DNA of 64,000 nt from an uncultured Gemmatimonadales bacterium (GCA_963708135.1 OY970192.1:4864001-4928000), one strand, 5' to 3'. Counted from the stretch's first letter, positions 36,620-47,699 are shown. Notes: generated from the sequence alone by a model not told the origin. A program made the numbers and translations.

Positions 36620-37020
36620 GCCGGTCACGTGGTCAGCTCCATGGCACGCGGCCCACAGGTTCTCGGAGGGATTCAGGCGAACGTACGCCCCGAAACGCGC
36701 ATCGGCAAGCCGACACGCCGGGCCCGCCGCGACTCTCAATCCACGAACGTGTTCCGACTCAGCCGCCCCCGGCACGCGTCCTCATGAGGTCGTACCAGAG
36801 GCACGTGAGCTGCTCCGGGTGCGCGCGGACCAGGTCCAACCGAGCACCGAAGTTCGGCCCCCCGGGGTTCGGCCCTTGCGTGGGGCGGCCGGCCATGATC
36901 CTCCGTCCGGCCGACCGGGGGGCGTCCGCCGATCGCCTGGCCAACGCGTTGAAGGCCACCGCGACCCGGTCGTTGCCGATCTCGAGATGTTCGACCTGGT
37001 CTGGCGCACCGAGGACCGCT

Positions 37021-37310
37021 TCGGGTGCCGCAGTCGGGTGCCGCAGTCGGGTGCCGCAGTCCGGGTGCCGCAGTCGGGTGCCGCAGTCCGGGTGCCGCAG
37101 TCGGGTGCCGCAGTCCGGGTGCCGCAGTCCGGGTGCCGCAGTCGGGTGCCGCAGTCCGGGTGCCGCAGTCGGGTGCCGCAGTCGGGTGCCGCAGTCGGGT
37201 GCCGCAGTCGGGTGCCGCAGTCGGGTGCCGCAGTCGGGTGCCGCAGTCGGGTGCCGCAGTCGGGTGCCGCAGTCGGGTGCCGCAGTCGGGTGCCGCAGTC
37301 GGGTGCCGCA
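37021..37310 (+). repeat. Tandem repeat (TCGGGTGCCGCAG)n, ~22 copies of 13 bp (some with an extra C)
   Basis: Directly visible; followed by CCCGG(G/T)-type short repeats to ~37376. Confidence 0.95.
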
Positions 37311-37381
37311 TCCCGGGTCCCGGGTCCCGGGTCCCGGTCCCGGTCCCGGACCCGGGCCCGGGCCCGGGCCCGGACCCCCCC

Positions 37382-38254
37382 TCATTCCCTCCCCTGCCAC
37401 CACACGGTCCCCCCCAGCAGCGCCAGAAGCACCACCAGGATCCCCGTGGCCACCACGTTGATCTGCGCCGGGAACGCGGCCCGCCGCGCGCCGTAGACGT
37501 AGAGCGGGTACGTGACGCGCGTGCCGGCGTTGAAGAGGGTGATGATGAAGTCATCGAGCGAGAGGGCGAAGGTGAGCAGCGCGGCCGCCGCGATGCCCGG
37601 GGCGATGAGCGGCAGCGTGACCCTCGTCGCCACGCGGAGCGGCCGGGCGCCGAGGTCCATGGCGGCCTCCTCCAGGCGCCAGTCGAAGCCGCGCAGCCGC
37701 GCGCGAACGGTGATCGCCACGTAGCTGATCGAGAACATGATGTGCGCCACGACAATGGTGCCGAAGCCGGTCGGGATGCCGAGCTCGAGGAAGAGCGAGA
37801 GCAGCGAGGAGCCGAGCACCACCTCCGGCACCGCGAGCGGCAGGATGAGCAGCAGGCTCACGAGCCCGCTGCCGCGGAACCGGTAGCGGGTGAGCGCGAG
37901 CGCGACGAGGGTGCCGAGCACGGTCGCCACCGACGTCGCCACCGCGGCCACCTCAACGCTGAGCCTGAGCGCGTCCACCAGCGCCGGGTACTCGAAGGGC
38001 GCCAGCCACGCGTGCAGCGAGAAGCCCTTCCAGACGAAGTTGAACTTGCCGACCGGGGCGTTGAAGCTGTACAGCACGACCACGAAGATCGGCAGGAACA
38101 GGTACAGCAGCACCGCGAGGGCGACGCCATCCAGCAGCCTCCCCGGCCAGCGCGCGCCCACGGCACCCGCAGGGCCCGCGGGCCTCGCGCCAGCTGCGGG
38201 ACCCGCGGCGCCCGCGGCACCACCGGGCGCCCGCGCCGACGCTGCCGTCCTCAC
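37382..38254 (-). CDS. potC: Polyamine-type ABC transporter permease (PotC-like)
   Basis: LYLFLPIFVVVLYSFN, EEAAMDLGA loop, SLDDF; GTGA overlap. Confidence 0.85.
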   Translation of the reverse strand: MRTAASARAPGGAAGAAGPAAGARPAGPAGAVGARWPGRLLDGVALAVLLYLFLPIFVVVLYSFNAPVGKFNFVWKGFSLHAWLAPFEYPALVDALRLSVEVAAVATSVATVLGTLVALALTRYRFRGSGLVSLLLILPLAVPEVVLGSSLLSLFLELGIPTGFGTIVVAHIMFSISYVAITVRARLRGFDWRLEEAAMDLGARPLRVATRVTLPLIAPGIAAAALLTFALSLDDFIITLFNAGTRVTYPLYVYGARRAAFPAQINVVATGILVVLLALLGGTVWWQGRE

Positions 38255-39126
38255 GCCAGGTCCTCCGTCCCGAGGAAGCGCGTGTACATGCCCACCAGCG
38301 TGAGGATGATCGCCACCAGCACGACTGAGAGCGACGCCGCGAGGGCGTAGTCCTGCACCACCAGGAACCGCACCTGCACGACCGAGCCGATCATCTGCTG
38401 GTTCGGGCCGCCCAGCAGCTCGGCGTTGACGAAGTCGCCGGCGGCGGGGATGAACGTGAGCAGCGTGCCCGCGAACACGCCGGGTAGCGAGAGCGGGAGG
38501 ACCACGCGAAGGAAGGCCCGACGCGCGTCGCAGTACAGGTCCTGCGCCGCCTCCACGAGCCTCCGATCGATCTTCTCCAGGCTGACGTAGATCGGCAGGA
38601 TCATGAACGGCAGGAAGTTGTAGGTCAGCCCGCCCACCACCGCCCAGACCGTGTCCAGCAGCCGCCCCTGCGGCGGCAGCAGGTGCAGCCCCCCGAGCAG
38701 CGCCACGGCCGGCCCGCCGTCGTTCAGGATCGTCTTCCACGCGAAGGTGCGAACCAGAAACGTGACGAAGAAGGGCAGCGCCACGAGCCCGAGCAGGAGG
38801 TTCTTCAGCCGGCCCGAGCGGAAGGCGATCACGTACGCCAGCGGGTAGCCCAGGAGGAGCGCCAGCGCCGTGGCGGCGCCAGCGTAGCCAAAGCTCCGCG
38901 CAATGTGCCCGCCGTACTGCGTGAACGCACGCGCGTAGGCCATCCACCACGCGCCGCTGCCGGCGCCGAACGACGTCCGGATCAGCGCGCCCACGGGCAC
39001 GACGCAGAAGGCGACGAGCCAGAGCACCCCCGGCGCGATCAGCAGCCAAGGCGCGAGCCGCCGGCGCCGATCCGGCCGGGCCGCGGCCCGGCGTCCCTCC
39101 ACGGCGTCCCGCACGACGGTCGCCAC
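38251..39126 (-). CDS. potB: Polyamine-type ABC transporter permease (PotB-like)
   Basis: GYPLAY, LPFMILPIYVSLEKID, EAAQDL, FIPAAGDFV. Confidence 0.85.
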   Translation of the reverse strand: MATVVRDAVEGRRAAARPDRRRRLAPWLLIAPGVLWLVAFCVVPVGALIRTSFGAGSGAWWMAYARAFTQYGGHIARSFGYAGAATALALLLGYPLAYVIAFRSGRLKNLLLGLVALPFFVTFLVRTFAWKTILNDGGPAVALLGGLHLLPPQGRLLDTVWAVVGGLTYNFLPFMILPIYVSLEKIDRRLVEAAQDLYCDARRAFLRVVLPLSLPGVFAGTLLTFIPAAGDFVNAELLGGPNQQMIGSVVQVRFLVVQDYALAASLSVVLVAIILTLVGMYTRFLGTEDLA

Positions 39127-39131
39127 GCCGC

Positions 39132-40255
39132 TCAGACGCCCATGGCGCGGTAGAAGAGGCGGTTGTAGCTGCGGTCCTCCTCGTCGCTCAATGCCCGGAA
39201 GTCATGCAGCCGCGCGCGCAGCGCGGGACCCGGGTTGACGAGGGGATTCCTCGCCAGCGCCGGCGCCGTCCTCGCCAGCTCGCGCCCCGTGCCCGCGACC
39301 GGCGAGATGTAGAGCGTGGCCTCCACGATGCGCGCGGCCACCGCCGGCTGGTAGACGTAGTTCATCCAGGCCATCGCCACCCTGACCCGGTGCGACGGCG
39401 CCGGGATGAACATGCAGTCCGAGAACCACATCCCGCCCTCCTCCGGCACCACGAACCCAAGGTCCGGGTTGTCCTGGGCCAGCCCGGCCGCGTCGCCGGA
39501 GTATGCCACCGCCACGGCGATGTTGCCGCTGGCCAGGTCCTCCGTGTAGTCGTTGCCGGTGAAGGCGCGGATCTGCCCGTTCTCGCGGTAGCGCTGCACC
39601 AGCGCGCACGCCGCGTCGACGTCCGCCATCGTCGCGCGCTCCGGCGCACGGCCGTTGGCCAGCATCACGAGGCCGAGCGTGTCGCGCATCTCCGTGAGCA
39701 TCGTGACCCGGCCGCGAAAGCGCGGGTCGAACAGATCCCGCATCCCCGTCAGGTCCCGCCCCGTCCTGCGCCGATTGTACGCCAGCCCCGTCATCCCGGA
39801 CATCCACGGCACCGTGTACCTCCGGCCCGGATCGAAGGACGGGTGCCGCAGCTCCGGCAGCAGCCGCGCCTTGTCCGGGAACGCCGCATTGTCCAGCGGC
39901 CGGCACCACCCCAGCCGGATCATGCGCCCGACCATCCAGTCCGTGAGCACGACCACGTCCCGCTCGATGCTCTGCCCCCGCGCGAGCGCCGGCGCCACCT
40001 TCGCGAAGTACGCGTGCGTGTCGTTCACGTCTTCCGTGTAGCTCGCGTGGATGCCGGTGGCGTTCTCGAATAGCCTCGTCGTGGCCGAGTCGATGTAGAG
40101 CGGCCAGTTCGAGATGCGTACCGCATGCGACGCATCCGCCGCCGCCTCGCCGGCGATCGCCTCCCGCTCGCCGCGGCGGCACCCGGCCAGCAGCGGCCCG
40201 CCCAGGGCGAGGCCGCCGGCCAGCCGTGCGCCGCGAGCGAGAAAGCGGCGGCGGT

Positions 40256-40259
<4 letters not shown>
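39132..40259 (-). CDS. potD: Polyamine-type ABC substrate-binding protein (PotD/F-like), Tat-exported lipoprotein
   Basis: NRRRFL Tat motif, LLAGC lipobox, SNWPLYI, YSGD, VPEEG; GTGA overlap with the ATPase. Confidence 0.85.
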
Positions 40260-41362
<1,103 letters not shown>

Positions 41363-41463
41363 GCGGAGCAAGATGGGTCTTGACCTCGTCCGCGCAAAGG
41401 AGCTAGCCTGCGGCCTCGACCACTCTCTGCCCGGAGCATGCCACGCTCGCTCTCACCCGCGCC

Positions 41464-42213
41464 GTGAGCCCCGCGCTCGACGCCTGCGAGCTCACGCACC
41501 TCGAGCGACAGCCCATCGACCACGCGCGCGCGGCGCTCGAGCACGCCGCATACGAGGATGCGCTGCGTGCCCTCGGCGCGACGGTGGTTCGCATCCCGCC
41601 CGCGCCGGAGCTGCCGGACTCCGTCTTCATCGAGGACGCGGCCATCGTGCTGGACGAGGTCGCGGTGATCACGCGGCCCGGTGCCGCCTCCCGGCGCGCG
41701 GAGACGGCCGCCGTGGCCGAGGCGCTGCGAACTTACCGCCCGCTCGCGCACATCACGGCGCCGGCCACGCTCGACGGCGGCGACGTGCTGCGCGTCGGCC
41801 GCACGCTGTATGTCGGCCGCTCCTCGCGCACCAACGCGGCCGGGCTCGAGCAGCTCACGGAGCTGCTCAGCCCCTGGGGCTACCGCGTCACCGCCGTTCC
41901 GGTGTCGGGTTGCCTGCACCTGAAGAGCGCCGTGACCGAGGTGGCGGACGGGCTGCTGCTGGCGAACCCGTGCTGGGTGGCGCCGGCCGCCTTCGCCCCG
42001 CACGAGGTCCTCCCGGTAAGCGACGGCGAGCCCGCCGCCGCCAACGCCCTCCGCCTCGGCCGCGCCGTGGTCTTCCCGGCGCACCACCCGCGCACCGCGC
42101 ACCGGCTGGAGGAGGCCGGGCTGCGCGTCGTGCGGGTGCCCGCCGCGGAGCTGTCGAAGGCCGAGGGCGGCGTCACCTGCTGCAGCCTCATCGTCGGGAG
42201 TCCCCCGGGGTGA
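41464..42213 (+). CDS. Dimethylarginine dimethylaminohydrolase (amidinotransferase superfamily)
   Basis: PDSVFIEDAA, SRRAE, LDGGDVL, LHLKS, KAEGGVTCCSL; true start uncertain (see findings). Confidence 0.88.
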   Translation: MSPALDACELTHLERQPIDHARAALEHAAYEDALRALGATVVRIPPAPELPDSVFIEDAAIVLDEVAVITRPGAASRRAETAAVAEALRTYRPLAHITAPATLDGGDVLRVGRTLYVGRSSRTNAAGLEQLTELLSPWGYRVTAVPVSGCLHLKSAVTEVADGLLLANPCWVAPAAFAPHEVLPVSDGEPAAANALRLGRAVVFPAHHPRTAHRLEEAGLRVVRVPAAELSKAEGGVTCCSLIVGSPPG

Positions 42214-42316
42214 GGGATCGCTGCCGCGCCGCGAGGGGAGGCTGCTCGTGGAGCGCTTCCGGCGCGCGCTGGGACATTCGGCGTGCTAAGGCGCTTGCCG
42301 GGTGGGGTCCCGAGCC

Positions 42317-43084
42317 TCAGCGCACCACGCGCAGCAGCTCGTCGCGGTAGGTCCGGCTCACCCGCAGCCGCTCGCCGCCACGCAGCATGGCGAGGTAGTC
42401 GCCGCCGAACCAGCTGTGGACCTCCTCGATCCACGCGATGTTGACCACCGCCGAGCGATGGACGCGCACGAAGACGGCCGGATCGAGACGGCGCAGCAGC
42501 CCCTTCAGGGAATAGCGGATCACGTGCGCGTCGTCGCCTTCGGTGTGCAGTCGTACGTAGTTGCCGGCGGCCTCGATCCACGCCACGTCCTCGACCGCCA
42601 CGAAGCGGACGCGGTCGCCGTCGCGGATGGCGATGCGGCTGGCCCAGGCGCCTCCTCGCGCCTCCGCCCGCATCTCCTCGAGCAGCGTGGCCAGGCGCTC
42701 GCCGAGGGCGGCGCTCCGGCCGGCCTCGACCCGCCCGCTCGCGTGGGTGATCGCCGCGGCGAGGCGCTCCGGCTGGAACGGCTTCAGCACGTAATCGACG
42801 GCGTGCACCTCGAAGGCGTGCAGCAGATGCTCCTCGTGCGCGGTGACGAAGACCACCTCCGGCATGGAGGCGGCACCGACGCGCTCGATGACGTCGAACC
42901 CGCTCATCTCCGGCATCTGCACGTCCAGCAGCACAAGGTCCGGTCGGAGCGTGGCGATCGCGGCCACCGCCTCCGCGCCGTCGCCGCACTCGCCGACGAT
43001 TTGCACGCCCGGCAGGGAGTCGGCGGTCCGGCGCACGAAGTCGCGCGCGAGCGGCTCATCGTCGACGATCAGCGCCCGCACCAC
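42317..43084 (-). CDS. LytTR family response regulator
   Basis: IVDDEPLAR, LDVQMP, FVTAH, DYVLKP, EAAGNYV, FVRVHRS, VSRTY. Confidence 0.93.
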   Translation of the reverse strand: MVRALIVDDEPLARDFVRRTADSLPGVQIVGECGDGAEAVAAIATLRPDLVLLDVQMPEMSGFDVIERVGAASMPEVVFVTAHEEHLLHAFEVHAVDYVLKPFQPERLAAAITHASGRVEAGRSAALGERLATLLEEMRAEARGGAWASRIAIRDGDRVRFVAVEDVAWIEAAGNYVRLHTEGDDAHVIRYSLKGLLRRLDPAVFVRVHRSAVVNIAWIEEVHSWFGGDYLAMLRGGERLRVSRTYRDELLRVVR

Positions 43085-43091
43085 GTCCCCC

Positions 43092-44237
43092 TCAGCCCGC
43101 AACGAGCACATCCTCCTCCACGCGGAACGGCAGCCGCAGCCGCACCTCGGTGATCCCGTGCTCGCGGCGCGCCGGCTCGACGGCGGCCGCGTCGCCGTAC
43201 AGCGTGGCGAGGCGGCTGCGGGTGTTGCGCATGCCGAGGCCTTCCCTGGCACCCGCGCGCGGCCCCGGGCCGCTGTCGCGCACGGCGATCTCGAGGGAGC
43301 CGCCGGCCACGTACGCCTCCACCTCGACGCGCGCTTCGCCGCGCGTGGCCTCGACGCCGTGGCGGATCGCGTTCTCCACCAGCGGCTGGAGGATGAAGGC
43401 GGGCACGAGCGCGCCCGCCGCCTCCGGCGCCACCTCCACGCGCGTGGCCAGGCGCGGGCCGAAGCGGGTCCGCTCCACCTCCAGGTAGAGGTTCAGCAGC
43501 TCGATCTCCTCCGTCAGCGGCAGCTCCGGCTCGAGGGTCTCGTCGAGCGTGCGGCGCAGCAGCGCGCCGAGCCGCGCGAGCATCGCGACTGCCGCCTCGC
43601 TCTCGCCGCGGCCCGCCAGCGCCGACACGCCGTTCAGGGCGTTGAAGAGGAAGTGCGGGTTCAGCTCCATGCGCAGCGCCTCGAGGCGCGCCTCCGTCAT
43701 CTGCGCCTCCAGCCGCGCCCGCTCCGCCTCGAGCTGCACCGTGCGCAGCTCCAGCCGGCGCGTCTCCTCCTGCTCGTCCCGCAGGCGCCGCCGCGACGCG
43801 TACGTGCCGTACGCCGCCGCGATCGCCCAGTAGGTGACCAGGTCGGTGAAGAAGTAGCCCACGAGAAGCCCGCGCAGCGTCGTGCCATAGCTCTGGAAGC
43901 GGCTCGCGGAGCCCGCCCACACGACGAGGGCCGACGTGACCAGGTGCGCCACCGAGGCCAGGATCGAGGCGACGCCGTTCGCGGCGAGGAACGTCGCGCG
44001 TCCGGCCCCGCGCCGTGACAGCCGCGCGTTCAGCGCCACCGGGACCGGCGCGAGCAGCGACCAGAGCAGCCACCACGGCAGGTTCGTCACCGCGGCGCGG
44101 ACCCAGCCGAAGCCCGGGTCCGATGCGGGCGCGACCACGACCGCCTTGATGGTCTCGAGGCCGCCGAGTACCACGCCGATGAGGAGCGCCCAGGCGGTGA
44201 AGCGGGGCCAGTCTCGGTCGGGCTCGGCTGCGGGCAT
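43092..44237 (-). CDS. LytS-type membrane sensor histidine kinase
   Basis: N-terminal TM helices, LNPHFLFNALN, LQPLVENAIRHG, VRDSGPG, GLGMRN. Confidence 0.92.
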   Translation of the reverse strand: MPAAEPDRDWPRFTAWALLIGVVLGGLETIKAVVVAPASDPGFGWVRAAVTNLPWWLLWSLLAPVPVALNARLSRRGAGRATFLAANGVASILASVAHLVTSALVVWAGSASRFQSYGTTLRGLLVGYFFTDLVTYWAIAAAYGTYASRRRLRDEQEETRRLELRTVQLEAERARLEAQMTEARLEALRMELNPHFLFNALNGVSALAGRGESEAAVAMLARLGALLRRTLDETLEPELPLTEEIELLNLYLEVERTRFGPRLATRVEVAPEAAGALVPAFILQPLVENAIRHGVEATRGEARVEVEAYVAGGSLEIAVRDSGPGPRAGAREGLGMRNTRSRLATLYGDAAAVEPARREHGITEVRLRLPFRVEEDVLVAG

Positions 44238-44299
44238 GACGGCTCACCGGTTTGCGGAGGAGGGCCGGACGGGTCGCCCCCGTCCGGCCCAACGTGGCG

Positions 44300-44917
44300 C
44301 TAGCGCCGCGGCGAAAGCAAGATCGTCGTCACGTTCTCGCTCCAGTACGCCGGGTTGTTCGGATCCTGCGCATCGGCCGTGAGCTGGTACGTCTCGCTGA
44401 GGTGCAGCGGCGTGCCATCGACGCCCTCGATCCAACCGCCCCAGTGTGCCGCGAAGCTCGCGTTCGAGAACGTCTGCGTCTGCTGCACCGTTCCCTCCGC
44501 GATCCTGGTCGGCCCCAGCAGGAACGCGCACGTGAGGTCGTCCAGGGAGCTGGCGTGGTAGACGGCGACGCGCGCGTCGTCGTCCTGGATCCGGACCAGC
44601 CGCTGCGCGATCGCGGACCGCGTCGTGATGGCCGTGCGGGCGCCCACGTTGTAGTCCCCCGTGAGGCAGAGGTCCGAGGGCGCGTGCACGCTCAGAAGCT
44701 GCCGCGCGGCGTCGAAGTTGAAGAAGATCGTCTGCGTCGAGTCGATCACGATCATCGCGCCCTGGGACTGCGGCGGCGTGACGACGTCGCCTCGCGGCGA
44801 CGACGCCGCGGCCGGCGTCAGCGGCCCTTCCCGCTCACACGCGCCCAGCGCACCCAGCACCGCCAGCGCCCCCAGCACGCCGAGCGCCGTTGCCGGCCAT
44901 CCGGCTCCGCATCGCAT
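44300..44917 (-). CDS. Hypothetical lipoprotein (~205 aa)
   Basis: RBS GGAGGAGG; signal peptide ending LGAC; non-repetitive mature region. Confidence 0.7.
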   Translation of the reverse strand: MRCGAGWPATALGVLGALAVLGALGACEREGPLTPAAASSPRGDVVTPPQSQGAMIVIDSTQTIFFNFDAARQLLSVHAPSDLCLTGDYNVGARTAITTRSAIAQRLVRIQDDDARVAVYHASSLDDLTCAFLLGPTRIAEGTVQQTQTFSNASFAAHWGGWIEGVDGTPLHLSETYQLTADAQDPNNPAYWSENVTTILLSPRR

Positions 44918-45224
44918 GGCACCCTCCTCCACTCTCGTTCCCGGCCGCGGGCGAGTCCCGCCGGCCACGGCCTCCAGCATGCCGCCGAGCAGCCGTGGAT
45001 CGAGCGGCGGCGACGCGAGCCGCAGCCGCGCGGGATGAGCCGCGGCCGTGAGGGCCGAGACGGCGCGAGCAGGGGCCGCCTCGGGCCGCCAGCGGAGCGG
45101 GTCGGCTCCCTGTCGCGGGCTGGCGGGGCAGGGCCTCCAGCACTCGGTGGTGGGACCTCGAGGGGCAGCTCCGGCAGCGTCGTGCAGCTTCGCGTCGGCC
45201 TCCACGCGGACCGGGACGGAGGGA

Positions 45225-45494
45225 GTCGGCGCATCCCGCCATGGACGCGCCCCATCCAGCGAGCGATCGTCGGACCAGGAGGGAGAGAGGGTCGGCGCAT
45301 CCCGCCATGGACGCGCCCCATCCAGCGAGCGATCGTCGGACCAGGAGGGAGAGAGGGTCGGCGCATCCCGCCATGGACGCGCTCCGTCCAGCGAGCGATC
45401 GTCGGACCAGGAGGCAGAGGGAGTCGGCGCATCCCGCCATGGACGCGCCCCCATCCAGCGAGCGATCGTCGGACCAGGAGGCAGAGGGAGTCGG
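45225..45494 (+). repeat. 66-bp tandem repeat, 4 copies
   Basis: Unit gtcggcgcatcccgccatggacgc...gagcgatcgtcggaccaggagg starts at 45225, 45291, 45357 and 45423. Confidence 0.92.
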
Positions 45495-45563
45495 AACCCC
45501 CCGCCGCGGAAGCGACCCCCGGGACCGATCGTGGGAGCCCCCGGCGGCGGGGGAGCGGGCCGC

Positions 45564-45731
45564 CGCAACCCGCCACTCGGGGCCGATCGGCAAACGAGTG
45601 GCGGCTTTGGACGCCCGCACGAGCTTGCGTCGCCGCTCGATCTCCGGTGCCGCGACGAGTGGCGGGTGCCGCAAGCCAGGCGTGCAGAACCCGGCCGCCG
45701 CTCGCGCCAGTGCGGCGAGTGGCGAGTTGTG
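45564..45731. repeat. Diverged copy of the ~170-bp inverted-repeat-bounded element
   Basis: CGCAACCCGCCACTCG ... CGAGTGGCGAGTTGTG ends; collinear with 46865-47034. Confidence 0.8.
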
Positions 45732-45845
45732 ATCCCGGCGGCGGTGGACCGCGCGCCATGGGTGGACCACGCGCCGCGGTGCCCTGGGTTGCCACGTCGA
45801 GCCTTGCGCGCCACGCCCCCGGAGCTGGAGAGCGAATCGTGCACG

Positions 45846-46772
45846 ATGCGCCGTGAAGTCGAAGTCAGGATCGCCGCGGTGGCCGCGGGCCAGCACGGCG
45901 TGGTTACGCGCGGGCAGCTGCTCGAGGCGGGGCTGTCACGCGCGGGGATCGCGCACCGCCTGGACGCGGGGTCGATCCGGCGGCTGCATCGCGGCGTGTT
46001 CCTGGTGGGGCCGCTGCTCGCCCCGCACACGGCGGAGATGGCCGCGGTGCTGGCGAGCGGCGGCCACGGGCTGGTCAGCCACACGAGCGCAGCGTCGCTC
46101 TGGGCACTTGGTGCCGCGCGCGCGGCGGGTGAGCCGGTTGAGATCGTGCGAGCCGGCACGAGCCGCGCGTGCCACCCCGGCATCCGGGTGCATCGCACCG
46201 CGGGGCTGGAGGCGGAGGACCGCGCGGTGGTCAACGCGATCCCGGTCACCGCGCCCGTGCGGACCCTGGTGGACCTGGCGGGGGTGGTCGGCAGCGGGGA
46301 GCTGGAGCGGGCCGTGGCGCGCGCGGAGCGGGAGGGCCTCGTCACCCGCGAGGCGCTGCTGGCGCGGGTGGCGCGGAGCGGAGGCCGGCGCGGCATCGTC
46401 GCACTTCGTCGCCTGCTCGGCATACCCGGCGGACCGGCGCTCACGCGCTCGGAGGCGGAGGCGGCCTTCCTCGCCCTGGTCCGTGAGGCAGGGCTTCCGG
46501 CGCCGGAGGCGAACGCCCCATTCGGCCGATACGAGCTCGACTTCCTGTGGCGCGCCGAAGGAGTCGCGGTGGAGGTGGACGGGTTCCGGAGCCATTCGAC
46601 ACGGCCGCGCTTCGAGGGCGACCGGCGCAAGGACGCGCGGCTGCTGGCCGCCGGAATCAAGGTCCTGCGCGTCACGTGGCGGCAGATCGCCGACGACGCG
46701 GTGGCCACCGCGGTCCAGGTCGGCCAGGCCCTCGCCCGGGCCGGGGCCGAGCGGGGCGGACGGACCAGGTAG
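45846..46772 (+). CDS. AbiEi-like N-terminal domain + DUF559 (Vsr-like endonuclease) protein, ~308 aa
   Basis: QHGVVTRGQL, RRLHRGVF, SHTSAA, VTAPVRTLVDL, RSEAE, ELDFLW, AVEVDG..H, DRRKD, VLRVTW. Confidence 0.88.
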   Translation: MRREVEVRIAAVAAGQHGVVTRGQLLEAGLSRAGIAHRLDAGSIRRLHRGVFLVGPLLAPHTAEMAAVLASGGHGLVSHTSAASLWALGAARAAGEPVEIVRAGTSRACHPGIRVHRTAGLEAEDRAVVNAIPVTAPVRTLVDLAGVVGSGELERAVARAEREGLVTREALLARVARSGGRRGIVALRRLLGIPGGPALTRSEAEAAFLALVREAGLPAPEANAPFGRYELDFLWRAEGVAVEVDGFRSHSTRPRFEGDRRKDARLLAAGIKVLRVTWRQIADDAVATAVQVGQALARAGAERGGRTR

Positions 46773-46836
46773 GCGACGCCGGGTCCTCCGTCCTGCCTCC
46801 CGCGACCACGGCAGCGCCGCGCCCCGCGACGGAGGG

Positions 46837-47522
46837 GACCAGCCGGCGTCGGCGGACGCAGTCGGCACAACTCACCACTCGAGACGGATCGGGAAGCGAG
46901 TGATGGGTTCGGACGCCTCCACGAGCCCGAGCCGCCCGTCGATTTCCGGTGTCCGGACGAGTGGCAGCTTGTGCCGGCCAAGCGTGCAGAAACCCGCCGC
47001 CGCATGCGCCAGTGCGACGAGTGGCGCGTTGTGCACCCGGCACACGCGCGCCGCGGGTGGCCCGAGACCAGCCGGCGTCGGCGGACGCAGTCGGCACAAC
47101 TCACCACTCGAGACGGATCGGGAAGCGAGTGATGGGTTCGGACGCCTCCACGAGCCCGAGCCGCCCGTCGATTTCCGGTGTCCGGACGAGTGGCAGCTTG
47201 TGCCGGCCAAGCGTGCAGAAACCCGCCGCCGCATTTGCCGGTGCGACGAGTGGCGAGTTGTGCACCCGGCACACGCGCGCCGCGGGTGGCCCGAGACCAG
47301 CCGGCGTCGGCGGACGCAGTCGGCACAACTCACCACTCGAGACGGATCGGGAAGCGAGTGATGGGTTCGGACGCCTCCACGAGCCCGAGCCGCCCGTCGA
47401 TTTCCGGTGTCCGGACGAGTGGCAGCTTGTGCCGGCCAAGCGTGCAGAAACCCGCCGCCGCATTTGCCGGTGCGACGAGTGGCGAGTTGTGCACCCGGCA
47501 CACGCGCGCCGCGGGTGGCCCG
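46837..47522 (+). repeat. 229-bp tandem repeat, 3 near-identical copies, each containing a ~170-bp element with terminal inverted repeats
   Basis: Units start at 46837, 47066 and 47295; inner ends GCACAACTCACCACTCG / CGAGTGGCG(C/A)GTTGTGC. Confidence 0.93.
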
Positions 47523-47547
47523 CGCACTGCCCGCAGGCGCGGGTTGG

Positions 47548-47689
47548 TCCGCCGCCTGCACCGGGGCGTGTTCCGCCGCCTGCGCCGCGGCGTGTTCCGC
47601 CGCCTGCGCCGCGGCGTGTTCCGCCGCCTGCACCGGGGCGTGTTCCGCCGCCTGCACCGGGGCGTGTTCCGCCGCCTGCGCCGCGGCGT
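47548..47689 (+). repeat. 24-bp tandem repeat, 6 copies (encodes FRRL(H/R)RGV)
   Basis: tccgccgcctgc(a/g)ccg(g/c)ggcgtgt at 47548, 47572, 47596, 47620, 47644 and 47668. Confidence 0.92.
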
Positions 47690-47699
47690 CGGGCGGCCC

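Noticed and set aside
32823..37376. Repeat-protein ORFs across the 15-bp and 13-bp satellites
   Set aside because: Several frames on both strands are open only because the repeats lack stop codons; unit lengths vary and shift frame
45225..47689. CRISPR array or other spacer-containing guide array
   Set aside because: Units are contiguous near-identical tandem copies with no unique spacers, and there are no cas genes in the window
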